Position numbers and translations under genes: made by a program. The notes below the pieces were generated by a model that was given only the letters and a program-made list of their open reading frames with translations, searched no databases and had not been told where the DNA came from. From Candidatus Zhuqueibacterota bacterium (GTDB lineage Bacteria > Zhuqueibacterota > Zhuqueibacteria > Thermofontimicrobiales > Thermofontimicrobiaceae): DNA of 64,000 nt. Positions 10,254-19,517 of the stretch are shown piece by piece. The DNA lies in the NCBI GenBank assembly GCA_049322915.1, contig JBMOPW010000014.1, positions 541,527-605,526 of the forward strand. The letters run 5' to 3'. Positions within the stretch are counted from its first letter, which is position 1; each line of letters begins with the position of its first letter.

Positions 10254-13200
10254 ATGGCAAAACCAAAAAATATAACGATATGGATATTGGCATTGATAAT
10301 AGTGTCACTGACAGGCCCCATTTCAGGCATCGCTCAGGAAAGATTGCCAGTCATTGATGATCAGAAAATTTTTCCAACTGACTTGAAAAAGCCGGCAAGC
10401 TTGTTTGATCGCGGAATCGCGTTTATGGATGCCGGAGAAATGCAGGTGAATGGCGTGGAAAATTTTGGCGTGATCGGCAATCAGGGTCTGCCTTATTGTA
10501 AACACGGCTTTTGGGGTGAAGTCCGTTGGATCATTCCCTATCTGGCGGTTCCGCCCCAACCGTGGGCTACCGCTATTCGGACGGAAGAGGGCGATATCGT
10601 CGATCGAAGTCAGTATTACAACGTCATCGAAAGCATCACCATGCATTTCGGCGTCGGCGTTCAGGGTTGGGGCTACACTGACTGGGAGGCGCAGGACCTG
10701 GGCAGCACGCAATTGATGGGCGATGACACCTGGTCTGATGTGCCGTTGATTGCTACCAGCACCCGTCCCAATTCCTGGCCGATGGGATATTTTGATAAAG
10801 ATCCGCTGTCGCCAACCTACAAGCAGTTCATTGAAACGCCCGACGTGCGGCATTGGCCTGGCTACTGGGCGCTGGACCCGGATCAGGAATCGCCCACGTT
10901 CGGACAGCCGCTGGAGGGCAAATTCGTTTCGGATAAAGATATTTTTTATATCATGAACGACAAGTACAATGGCATTCGCTGGGGCGATGAGGTCAATGTG
11001 GGCTTCCCCATTGGCTTTGATATGGAAGTCTCTGGCTATTGCTATTCGACCCGATCGTACAAAGATATTGTATTCTTCAACTACAATCTAATCTACCGGG
11101 ATGATATTACCGATCCCAACAGGCAGTCTCACACCGGCACAATCGATAGTCTCTATTTCGGTTTCCTGATCGATCCGGATCTTCCCGGACGCGATCCCTG
11201 GGGAAATACCGGCTACGAGCCCGGCTGGGCTGAAGACGATTACTGCATTGCCGATACGGTGCGCGACATTTTTGTAATGTTCGATAAAGACGGGTACGCG
11301 AAGGATGTCGATTCGCCGTACAGTGAAGGCCCTGTGTCCGCGCATGGCATTGCATATTTGAAGACGCCGAAGGATATCGGACTGACATCATTCCATTACT
11401 TCACACAGGAGGATTTCGACGCGGAATCCGGCGGGCAGAAAATGGAAAATATCATCTACGCTATGGCCAGCGGCCGTAAAGAAATTCTCACAGCGCAGGA
11501 TCAGCAGAAATATTTCCACGGCAGCGATCCGTTATTCGATGACTTGAATCTGCTGCGCGACTTGCAGGAGAGTCAGCCGAACGGAAGCCGTCCTGACCCG
11601 TGGTTTATCATGTCCTCCGGGCCATTCAGCGCAACGCCGGGAGACACCATCGCGCTGCATTTCTGCATCGTCGGCGGGGATGATGACCCCGGCGCTCTGG
11701 ACGCCGATGGCTTTCCGACCAATCCCTACGAAGTCCGTTTCGCAGATATCATCAATAATTTTGAAAAGGCCATGGAGTTGTACAGCAACAGCTTCCAGGG
11801 TACCGGCCCACCATTGACACCGACATTGAGCGCCGTGGGCACCAAAGTCCTGGATGAAAACGATATCCCGGTCATTTACGCCGAGGATGGCAAAGTCACG
11901 TTGTATTGGGATAATATCGCTGAAGAGACCATTGATATTTTGACGAAAGAGAAGGACTTCGAAGGCTATAAAATCTACAAAGCCTACTTCGATCGGGACC
12001 TGGATTATATCGATTGGGGGCAGGAGATTTATGAAATAACGGAGAAAGGTACTGTGGGCGATGTGCTCGCCTATGAACCAGTCTTCCAGTGCGATGTAAT
12101 CAATGACTACGAAGGTCTGGACCCCTATCAATCCTGGTTCTACCTGGGCGATAATAGCGGCATCGTTCATTCGTGGACGGATACCGATGTGACCAACGGC
12201 GTTCGCTATCGCTATTGCATCACGGCCTATGATCATCCGTATCCGGATCGATTGTTCAATGCGAATGAGACAGCCAAAGGCACGTCATCCAAGGACCTGT
12301 GCGTTGTGGACGTCATTCCCGGCGTTCGGCCCGGCGGCTATGTGCCAGCCAATATCGACACGGCATTTAAGCGCGTCTCCGGCCTTGGCAACGGCGTGCT
12401 GCAACTGAACGTGGTGGATGATAACGAGGTGTTGGGCCATACGTATCGGATTTCATTCAGCGATTCATCGGGCAAGCTCGCTTACAGCGTGTTTGATGAA
12501 GATGCTAAAATTTTCAAAGTGACCGACCATTCGCCCATCACAAACGAAAGCAGCGGCATCGATCCGGAGCCATTCCCGTTCTTCGACGGTGTTGGCATCA
12601 AAGTGATCAATTACGATAAGCCGGAGTATCTGGCCAATGAGTCGGGTTGGACGAAAATCCTGGGACCTGATACGAGCGATTATCGGATTAATGTTGTTCC
12701 ATTCACCCCCATTGCCGCGGACTATGAAATTCGGTTCCTCGGCGAAAACGCGGACACCAACGCCATTGGCGCCATGACGTTCCCATTCCAGGTATGGAAG
12801 GTGAGCGTTACCCCGCCGAAGCAAATGGATGTCTTGTATACCCCGCCCACCGGCGTGTATCCGAGCGGGGGACAAATTCGAATCTGGGAATATCTCACGC
12901 CGGGTTCGACTGTCCGAACGTTCACCTGGGTCTTTTCCATTACATGGGCCCCGGATACTGTCGTTGTTGGAACGGACACGACGTTCGTCAAAACATGGGG
13001 AGCCAGCCAAGAGCCGGCTGTTGGCGATGTCTACACGTTCAGGACCAAGAAACCCTTCAGTAATGATGTGTTCACATTCAGCACGTACAAGTTATCGACG
13101 AAAGCGGTGACCGAAGATGAACTGGACGCGATCAAAGCTGTGCCCAATCCCTATATTGTCGCATCGAAGACTGAACTTTACACTGGATCCTCAAAATGGG

Positions 13201-13430
13201 ACCAGCACGATGTCCGCTTCACGCACTTACCTCCAAAATGCACGATACGAATTTTTACTCTGACGGGCGACCTCATTCGGGAAATTCAGCACGATAATCC
13301 ATCGTACGGTGAGGCTCACTGGAATTTGCTGACCGAAGAAAATCTGGAAATTTCTTACGGCATCTACATCTACGTGGTGAAAACCCCGGAAGGCAAAACG
13401 AAAATCGGAAAATTGGCAGTAGTCAAGTGA
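10254..13430 (+). CDS. Large secreted hypothetical protein with T9SS-like C-terminal sorting domain
   Basis: Signal peptide; FN3-like DGKVTLYWD...FEGYKIYK...YRYCITAYD; C-terminal AVPNPY...IRIFTLTGDLIREI...GIYIYVV. Confidence 0.75.
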   Translation: MAKPKNITIWILALIIVSLTGPISGIAQERLPVIDDQKIFPTDLKKPASLFDRGIAFMDAGEMQVNGVENFGVIGNQGLPYCKHGFWGEVRWIIPYLAVPPQPWATAIRTEEGDIVDRSQYYNVIESITMHFGVGVQGWGYTDWEAQDLGSTQLMGDDTWSDVPLIATSTRPNSWPMGYFDKDPLSPTYKQFIETPDVRHWPGYWALDPDQESPTFGQPLEGKFVSDKDIFYIMNDKYNGIRWGDEVNVGFPIGFDMEVSGYCYSTRSYKDIVFFNYNLIYRDDITDPNRQSHTGTIDSLYFGFLIDPDLPGRDPWGNTGYEPGWAEDDYCIADTVRDIFVMFDKDGYAKDVDSPYSEGPVSAHGIAYLKTPKDIGLTSFHYFTQEDFDAESGGQKMENIIYAMASGRKEILTAQDQQKYFHGSDPLFDDLNLLRDLQESQPNGSRPDPWFIMSSGPFSATPGDTIALHFCIVGGDDDPGALDADGFPTNPYEVRFADIINNFEKAMELYSNSFQGTGPPLTPTLSAVGTKVLDENDIPVIYAEDGKVTLYWDNIAEETIDILTKEKDFEGYKIYKAYFDRDLDYIDWGQEIYEITEKGTVGDVLAYEPVFQCDVINDYEGLDPYQSWFYLGDNSGIVHSWTDTDVTNGVRYRYCITAYDHPYPDRLFNANETAKGTSSKDLCVVDVIPGVRPGGYVPANIDTAFKRVSGLGNGVLQLNVVDDNEVLGHTYRISFSDSSGKLAYSVFDEDAKIFKVTDHSPITNESSGIDPEPFPFFDGVGIKVINYDKPEYLANESGWTKILGPDTSDYRINVVPFTPIAADYEIRFLGENADTNAIGAMTFPFQVWKVSVTPPKQMDVLYTPPTGVYPSGGQIRIWEYLTPGSTVRTFTWVFSITWAPDTVVVGTDTTFVKTWGASQEPAVGDVYTFRTKKPFSNDVFTFSTYKLSTKAVTEDELDAIKAVPNPYIVASKTELYTGSSKWDQHDVRFTHLPPKCTIRIFTLTGDLIREIQHDNPSYGEAHWNLLTEENLEISYGIYIYVVKTPEGKTKIGKLAVVK

Positions 13431-13459
13431 TTTCTATCGTCTATTAAGGAGGCAATACC

Positions 13460-14491
13460 ATGAAAAAAGTTATTTTATTGATAGTGATCGCGGTGAGTGC
13501 TCAGGCGCTTTTCGGGCAGGGAGAAGTGAATAAGGTCGGCACGACGGCTGCAAATTTCCTGAAGCTCGAAGTTGGCGCGCGCGCGATGTCCCTGGCGGGC
13601 GCGTACACGGCCGTCGCCAATGACGTCACTGCGCTGCAATGGAATCCGGCCGGGATTTCCTCGCTGGGAAGAATCACGGCTTCGTACAACAACACCAACC
13701 TGTACGCCGGCATCAAACATCAATTCCTCGGCGTGGTGGTCCCGATGGGAATTAACAATTTCTTCGGATTTTCATTGAACTACGTGGATATCGGACGCAT
13801 CGAAAAAACAACCGTGGATGACCCGGATGGCACCGGCATTATGTTCGATAATTACAACATGTCCGCCGGCGTGAGCTATTCGCGCATGCTGACCGACCGC
13901 GTCACGTTTGGCGTGACCGGGCGCTGGGTGCATGAACAAATCTGGGAGCAGGGCGCCGATGGCGTCAGCATGGATATGGGAATCATTTTCGCGCCTCAGG
14001 TGAGCGGCCTCAAAATTGGAATGAGCATCACCAATTTCGGACCGGATATGACCATGGATAACGGCCCGTTGACGACGTTCGCCTACGAACCACAGGAAGA
14101 AATGGAAGGCGTCGGCAACCGGGACCTGGACGCCCAGCTTCAGGTTGAAAAATATGCGCTGCCCATCAGCTTTCAGTTGGGGGCGTCCGTCGATATTATG
14201 GGAGCGAACAGCTCGTTCGTATCGGATAAATCCAATCGCATATCCGCTATTTTCGAGCTGAACGACTCGTTCGATAATGCCATGCGCGCGAAATATGCCC
14301 TGGAATATGAGTGGCGACATCTGTTGGCCTTGCGCGCCGGCTACAAACAAAATTACGATCTGGCCACCTTCTCCTGGGGCGGTGGTTTGAAAATTCCGGT
14401 CCGTGGAATGGACCTGCGATTCGATTACGGCATGGCCGATTATGGCGATCTGGGATATGTCAATGTCACGTCGATTCAGATCGGTTTTTGA
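13460..14491 (+). CDS. PorV/PorQ-family outer-membrane beta-barrel
   Basis: KVGTTAANFLKLEVGARAMSLAGAYTAVANDVTALQWNPAG signature; terminal Phe. Confidence 0.85.
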   Translation: MKKVILLIVIAVSAQALFGQGEVNKVGTTAANFLKLEVGARAMSLAGAYTAVANDVTALQWNPAGISSLGRITASYNNTNLYAGIKHQFLGVVVPMGINNFFGFSLNYVDIGRIEKTTVDDPDGTGIMFDNYNMSAGVSYSRMLTDRVTFGVTGRWVHEQIWEQGADGVSMDMGIIFAPQVSGLKIGMSITNFGPDMTMDNGPLTTFAYEPQEEMEGVGNRDLDAQLQVEKYALPISFQLGASVDIMGANSSFVSDKSNRISAIFELNDSFDNAMRAKYALEYEWRHLLALRAGYKQNYDLATFSWGGGLKIPVRGMDLRFDYGMADYGDLGYVNVTSIQIGF

Positions 14492-14722
14492 TTTCGCTGT
14501 ATGTTCTCTCTGACCGCTTTTTTGTCGAGTGATTAGCGTTTCGTTTGTATCAAATGAATTCACATTTTGAACGATGAGAAATCTGTCCAAAAACCCGGGC
14601 GCCCGGTGGGACAGATTTCTCATTTTAACCGGTTTTGGTCAAATGACTTCGGCCGTCCGACAGAATTTTACATGGCCCGTGCCGGCAAAAACATACCTTC
14701 AAAAAATAGGAGTGATGTGCCC

Positions 14723-15364
14723 ATGAAAAATAGACTTGTTCTGCTGATGCCTCTCGTCCTGTTTATGCTGAACTGCGCCGGTGGAATTCCCTCTATGGAA
14801 GAACCAATGCAGGGAAAAAACCTGATCATTGGATCCATCATTTTTGAAAACAAGGGTTACGAAAATAGAAATGATGTCTATTTCGAGAATCTGGATGTCG
14901 CCATCATCGGCATTTATGAGGAAAATGGCAAAGAAAAAATATTCGGAAAATGGACGACCACAGATAAGAATGGTTATTTCTTTCTGCCCAATGTGCCGGA
15001 TGGAAAATACGCGCTCAAAGCATTTCGTATCAATATGTCCGGCCAGGCCTATTTGACCGTCGCCAATGAATTTCGCTCCAACGTGGATAATTACAAAGTC
15101 TGGCCCACGGAGAACATCGCGTTCAGCGGGACATTTTTCGAGACCCGGCCGGTGAATCATGTCATCAATCTCAAACACAACTATTTCACATTTTACCTCA
15201 ACCAGGAAATTCGGCACGGGGCTTACGATAAAATCGATCAGTTCAAAGCCGCCAATGGCGAGGTGCTGAGCCGACCCATGATCTTTCAATATGTTATCGA
15301 TACCTATCCCCAGAGCGGCTGGAACCCAACTCTCAAAGCAATTCTGGATACTTACGAATATTAG
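14723..15364 (+). CDS. Hypothetical lipoprotein with carboxypeptidase-regulatory-like segment
   Basis: MKNRLVLLMPLVLFMLNC lipoprotein-type signal; TTDKNGYFFLPNVPDGKY motif; RBS AGGAG. Confidence 0.6.
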   Translation: MKNRLVLLMPLVLFMLNCAGGIPSMEEPMQGKNLIIGSIIFENKGYENRNDVYFENLDVAIIGIYEENGKEKIFGKWTTTDKNGYFFLPNVPDGKYALKAFRINMSGQAYLTVANEFRSNVDNYKVWPTENIAFSGTFFETRPVNHVINLKHNYFTFYLNQEIRHGAYDKIDQFKAANGEVLSRPMIFQYVIDTYPQSGWNPTLKAILDTYEY

Positions 15365-15374
15365 GGCAATCGCA

Positions 15375-16718
15375 ATGGCCAGTTCAAGATCAATCATCGC
15401 CGTCGCTGTGCTCGGAATGATGGCGATGGCGTTTGCAGCCCACGCATCAACCGACCCGATTCGGTTTTATACGGATAATGCGGGCTTCAAAAATTTCAGC
15501 GATGACCGGAAAACCTACCAGGAAATTTATATTTCCTTTGCTAACTATCAATTGACCTACAAGCAGGTCGGCGACCGCTTTCTGGCCGGCTACAAATTGA
15601 CTGTTTTGATACAGGATTCCACCGGCAAGCCTGCCGCGGAAAAGACATGGCAGAACATGAGTCAGGTGGATTCGCTCCGTCAGGTCGATGATTTGACCAC
15701 GCTGGAACTTGCCGGATTTTTATTGCAGCCCGGCAGGTACACCGCCGAAATCATTGTGCAGGATATGGAATCCCTGGCGGCCGGCTCCGACGAGCGAACC
15801 ATTGTGGCGCCCTCGTTCGAAGGCGCGACGCTCCGGATCAGCGGGATTGAATTTGCCCGTTCCATTGAACGGAGCGAAGGGAAAAATCAATTCACGAAAA
15901 ATGCAGTGGAAGTCGTTCCCAATCCATCCCGCGTATTTGGCATTGAATCGCCCTTTGTTTATTTTTACACAGAAATCTATCATCTCCAGGCTGACTCGCT
16001 GCAAGCCGGGAATATCACGAAAGAATACATGATCCGCGATTTCAATGGCAATGTGCTGATTTCATCCCGGAAAGAGGCTGCGCCAGGAACCAGCTTCGCT
16101 TTATGGGCGGATAAGATCAATGTGCTGGATCTGGTTTCCGGCAAGTACCAGTTGAATTTGAAGGTGACAGACAATCGCTCCGGCGCCGGCGCAGAAACGA
16201 CAGGTGAATTCTGGATACACAATCCGTTCAAAACCATTTCGCTGGCGCAATACAGGGAAGAGGATATTGAGGAATTCCGCGCGCAGATCATGCACATCAC
16301 CGATCAAGGGGAACTCGAGCTGTTTGACCAATTGAATACCCCGGCCAGGATTGAATTTATCAACAACTACTGGCGCGGCAAAGACCCAAATTTTCGGACC
16401 GAGCATCTCAAGCGATTTTACCTGGCCTCCGAGCGATTCAATTCGCCTTCTCTGCCTGGCTGGAAATCGGATCGCGGGCGCGTCTTCATCATGTATGGGC
16501 CGCCGGACGAGATCGAGCGCGAGCCGGCCGGCATGGAAAAACGGGCCTATGAAGTCTGGACGTACGAGACTCTCGACCAGCAGGGGCAGGTGCATTTTGT
16601 GTTCTGCGACTTTGGCACCTTTGGCAACTATCAACTCATTCACTCGAATATCAAAAGCAGTCAGCGCTCGGAAATCTACAATGAGAACTGGTACGACGAC
16701 ATAAAGATTGCAAAATAA
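15375..16718 (+). CDS. GWxTD domain-containing protein
   Basis: PGWKSDRGRVFIMYGPPDEIER...YEVWTY motif; signal peptide. Confidence 0.82.
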   Translation: MASSRSIIAVAVLGMMAMAFAAHASTDPIRFYTDNAGFKNFSDDRKTYQEIYISFANYQLTYKQVGDRFLAGYKLTVLIQDSTGKPAAEKTWQNMSQVDSLRQVDDLTTLELAGFLLQPGRYTAEIIVQDMESLAAGSDERTIVAPSFEGATLRISGIEFARSIERSEGKNQFTKNAVEVVPNPSRVFGIESPFVYFYTEIYHLQADSLQAGNITKEYMIRDFNGNVLISSRKEAAPGTSFALWADKINVLDLVSGKYQLNLKVTDNRSGAGAETTGEFWIHNPFKTISLAQYREEDIEEFRAQIMHITDQGELELFDQLNTPARIEFINNYWRGKDPNFRTEHLKRFYLASERFNSPSLPGWKSDRGRVFIMYGPPDEIEREPAGMEKRAYEVWTYETLDQQGQVHFVFCDFGTFGNYQLIHSNIKSSQRSEIYNENWYDDIKIAK

Positions 16719-16822
16719 TGAGAGCCAACTCCTGGCGCCATTGGAGCGCCTGCGTCCCTGGCAGGCGACCTTCCCTTCCGAAAAAGCCATTGTCATACTG
16801 TGAGTAGATTCAGAGGTTCAGG

Positions 16823-19084
16823 TTGAAACGCGACAACATCAAAACCACAATCGGGCAAAAAGTCCTATTGATCAGCTTCGGGATTTTTATCCTTTTCCTG
16901 ATCGAAGCGGGGCTGCGAATCTTTCATGTGAGCGAGCGCGGGACACAGTCCGATCCCTTTGTTGGGTTCGAAAAAATTTACCCGCTGTTTGGCGAAAAAA
17001 CCAATGCGGAGGGGAAGACCGTATTGGCGACCAACCCCAATAAACTGTCCTTCTTCAATCACCAGGAATTCGAACGAGCGAAGTCGGCCAACGCCTATCG
17101 GATATTTTGCTTTGGCGGCTCGACGACCTACGGCAGTCCCTATCGCGCTGAGACGGCATTCCCGAATTGGATGAAGCTGATACTGGCTTCGATCGATTCG
17201 ACGCGAACGTACGAAGTGATAAACGCCGGCGGCATCTCGTATGCCAGCTATCGCATTATTCACCTTGTCGAAGAGGCGCTTCAATACCAGCCGGATCTGT
17301 TCGTGCTGTACACCGGGCATAATGAATTTCTTGAGGCGCGCACGTATGAAAATATTTTGCAGCAGCATTCCACCCTGAAAAAGATTCGCATCGCGCTGGA
17401 CAGGTCGCATGCGTATCGCCTGCTGCGCGACATTGTATCGCCTGCCGATCACGCATCGAATTCAATCAATCCCCAAAACAATCTGGCTCAGGAAGTGCAG
17501 ACCATTCTGGACGAGAGTGCCGGTCTGGATCGGTACACACGGGCTACCCTGCAGCAGAAGAAGACATTCAGTCATTTTCGGTTCAATCTGGAAAAAATTA
17601 TCCGACTTGCCCGGGCCAATGGCGTGGGCATCATGTTCGTGACTCCCGGGAGCAATGTCCGGGATTTTTCTCCGTTCAAATCTGAGCACGAACAGGGCCT
17701 TTCTGAAAGCGAGCGCGTTGCATGGGAAGAATCGTTTCGGATCGGGCAAATCAATCAGCGCCAGTCCCGCTTCAAAGACGCGCTGATAGCGTACGAAAAA
17801 TGCCTGCAAATCGACAACCAGTATGCGGAACTGGTTTACAACATCGCTATTTGCATGGACAAGACAGGGCAATTCGACCTGGCAGGAAAGTATTTCGACA
17901 TGGCGAAAGAGCTCGATGTCTGCCCGCTGCGCGCGCCGAATGCCATCCATGCAATCATCAAAGAAAATTGTGAGAAATATAATGCGCCGGTCATTGATAT
18001 GGCGGCGGAATTTCAAAACCTGTGTCCGAATCAGATTTCCGATAATACCATGTTTATCGATCACGTTCATCCGACCATTCGCGGAAACCAGGTTATCGCC
18101 GAACGGCTGGTGGAAGCGATGCAACGGGAAGGCTGGATTTCTTCAGCGAATAAGCTGAGTCCGCAGACCCTGCAGCCGGTTTACGACACATTGCTTTCAT
18201 CTTTGCCAAATGACTACTACCTGGCAGGGCTCATCAACCTGGCCAAAGTGCTTGGCTGGGCCGGCAAAGAGCAGGAAAAACTGGCCATTCTCATTGCCAA
18301 TGCTGGTAAGCTGACCGGCTTTTTCGAGTATCATTCCATGATCGGAACCAGCGCGCTCCGGGTCGGAAAATTCGATGAGGCCATCGGGCATTTCAGGGAG
18401 TCGATCCGGCTCAATCCCGGGCATAGTGCAGGATACACCAATCTCGGCTTTGCATTGGAAATGTCCGGCTCGCCGGATGAGGCGCAAAAATTCTACGAGC
18501 AGGCCCTGTCCCTGAATCCGGAAGATTACGTGGCCAGGGCTAATGTGGCGCGGATTTTTTTCATCAAAAGTGAGTTCGACAAAGCGGTTACTGAATATAA
18601 AAAAGCCATAACGCTGAACGAAGATTACGCGGTCGCGCGCCAGGGATTGGGCGTGGTGTATTTCAAACAGGGCAATACCGCGCGGGCGCTGGAAGAGCTC
18701 AATGAGGCCGTGCGCCTGGACCCCAATTATGCCGAGGCGTATTATGACATGGGACTTGTCTATCTCGAAACACGGCGAATCGATGACGCCATGGTACAAT
18801 TTCAAAAGGCCATAAAAATCGATCCCTTTTATGCAGACGCCTATTCCAGTCTTGGCGTGTGTTTGTATTCGAAGCATCAGTTGGAAGACGCCATCGCCAA
18901 TTTGAAACGAGCCGTGGACATCAATCCGAACCTGGGCAAGGCGCACAACAATCTGGCCATTGCCTATCACAGCGCCGGGAATTTAGAATTGGCCCTGCAT
19001 CACGTCCGCGAAGCGCAGCGAAATAATTACACGGTTCACCCCCAATTTTGGGAACTGCTGCAAAATGAGGCGAGGCAGAAATAG
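16823..19084 (+). CDS. Membrane-anchored SGNH/GDSL-like + TPR protein
   Basis: N-terminal TM; FCFGGSTTYG, INAGGISYAS, YTGHNEF, DHVHP SGNH blocks; many C-terminal TPRs. Confidence 0.8.
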   Translation: MKRDNIKTTIGQKVLLISFGIFILFLIEAGLRIFHVSERGTQSDPFVGFEKIYPLFGEKTNAEGKTVLATNPNKLSFFNHQEFERAKSANAYRIFCFGGSTTYGSPYRAETAFPNWMKLILASIDSTRTYEVINAGGISYASYRIIHLVEEALQYQPDLFVLYTGHNEFLEARTYENILQQHSTLKKIRIALDRSHAYRLLRDIVSPADHASNSINPQNNLAQEVQTILDESAGLDRYTRATLQQKKTFSHFRFNLEKIIRLARANGVGIMFVTPGSNVRDFSPFKSEHEQGLSESERVAWEESFRIGQINQRQSRFKDALIAYEKCLQIDNQYAELVYNIAICMDKTGQFDLAGKYFDMAKELDVCPLRAPNAIHAIIKENCEKYNAPVIDMAAEFQNLCPNQISDNTMFIDHVHPTIRGNQVIAERLVEAMQREGWISSANKLSPQTLQPVYDTLLSSLPNDYYLAGLINLAKVLGWAGKEQEKLAILIANAGKLTGFFEYHSMIGTSALRVGKFDEAIGHFRESIRLNPGHSAGYTNLGFALEMSGSPDEAQKFYEQALSLNPEDYVARANVARIFFIKSEFDKAVTEYKKAITLNEDYAVARQGLGVVYFKQGNTARALEELNEAVRLDPNYAEAYYDMGLVYLETRRIDDAMVQFQKAIKIDPFYADAYSSLGVCLYSKHQLEDAIANLKRAVDINPNLGKAHNNLAIAYHSAGNLELALHHVREAQRNNYTVHPQFWELLQNEARQK

Positions 19085-19204
19085 AGAAAAGAGAGGAACC
19101 ACAGAGCGCTCAGAGTTTTCACTGAAGGCGTTGAGTTTTTTTATAACTTAAATTTATAAAATGGATTTTTATAATCAAATTTAGCTATTTAATTTCTAAA
19201 AACA

Positions 19205-19260
19205 TATGGAGTGAATTGACTGTGTCAATACATGCATCGACACAGTCGATGCACTCCATA
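19205..19260. repeat. Long intergenic palindrome (REP-like)
   Basis: TATGGAGTG.ATTGACTGTGTC...GACACAGTCGAT.CACTCCATA. Confidence 0.6.
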
Positions 19261-19332
19261 CAAAAATAATACGTTATACGCGTATTAGAAATTCCTCCTG
19301 AATTTTACCCCTGCCGCGTGTAAATTCTCTGC

Positions 19333-19361
19333 TTGACATTTGTCTGAATATTAAATATATT
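19333..19361 (+). promoter_or_regulatory. Sigma70-type promoter
   Basis: TTGACA-17 bp-TATATT upstream of nifS-selD. Confidence 0.55.
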
Positions 19362-19517
19362 CATAAAAATGTGAATCATATAGAGATATCTCCCCACGAA
19401 ATAGGCGGAAGAACACGGAATTGAATACCGAAATGCTTCATCCGCGATTTTTCGTATTTTCAGCGGGCAAAATATTTTTCTTTCTTTGTATTTCAGGATA
19501 ACTAAAAAAGGGCTTGA

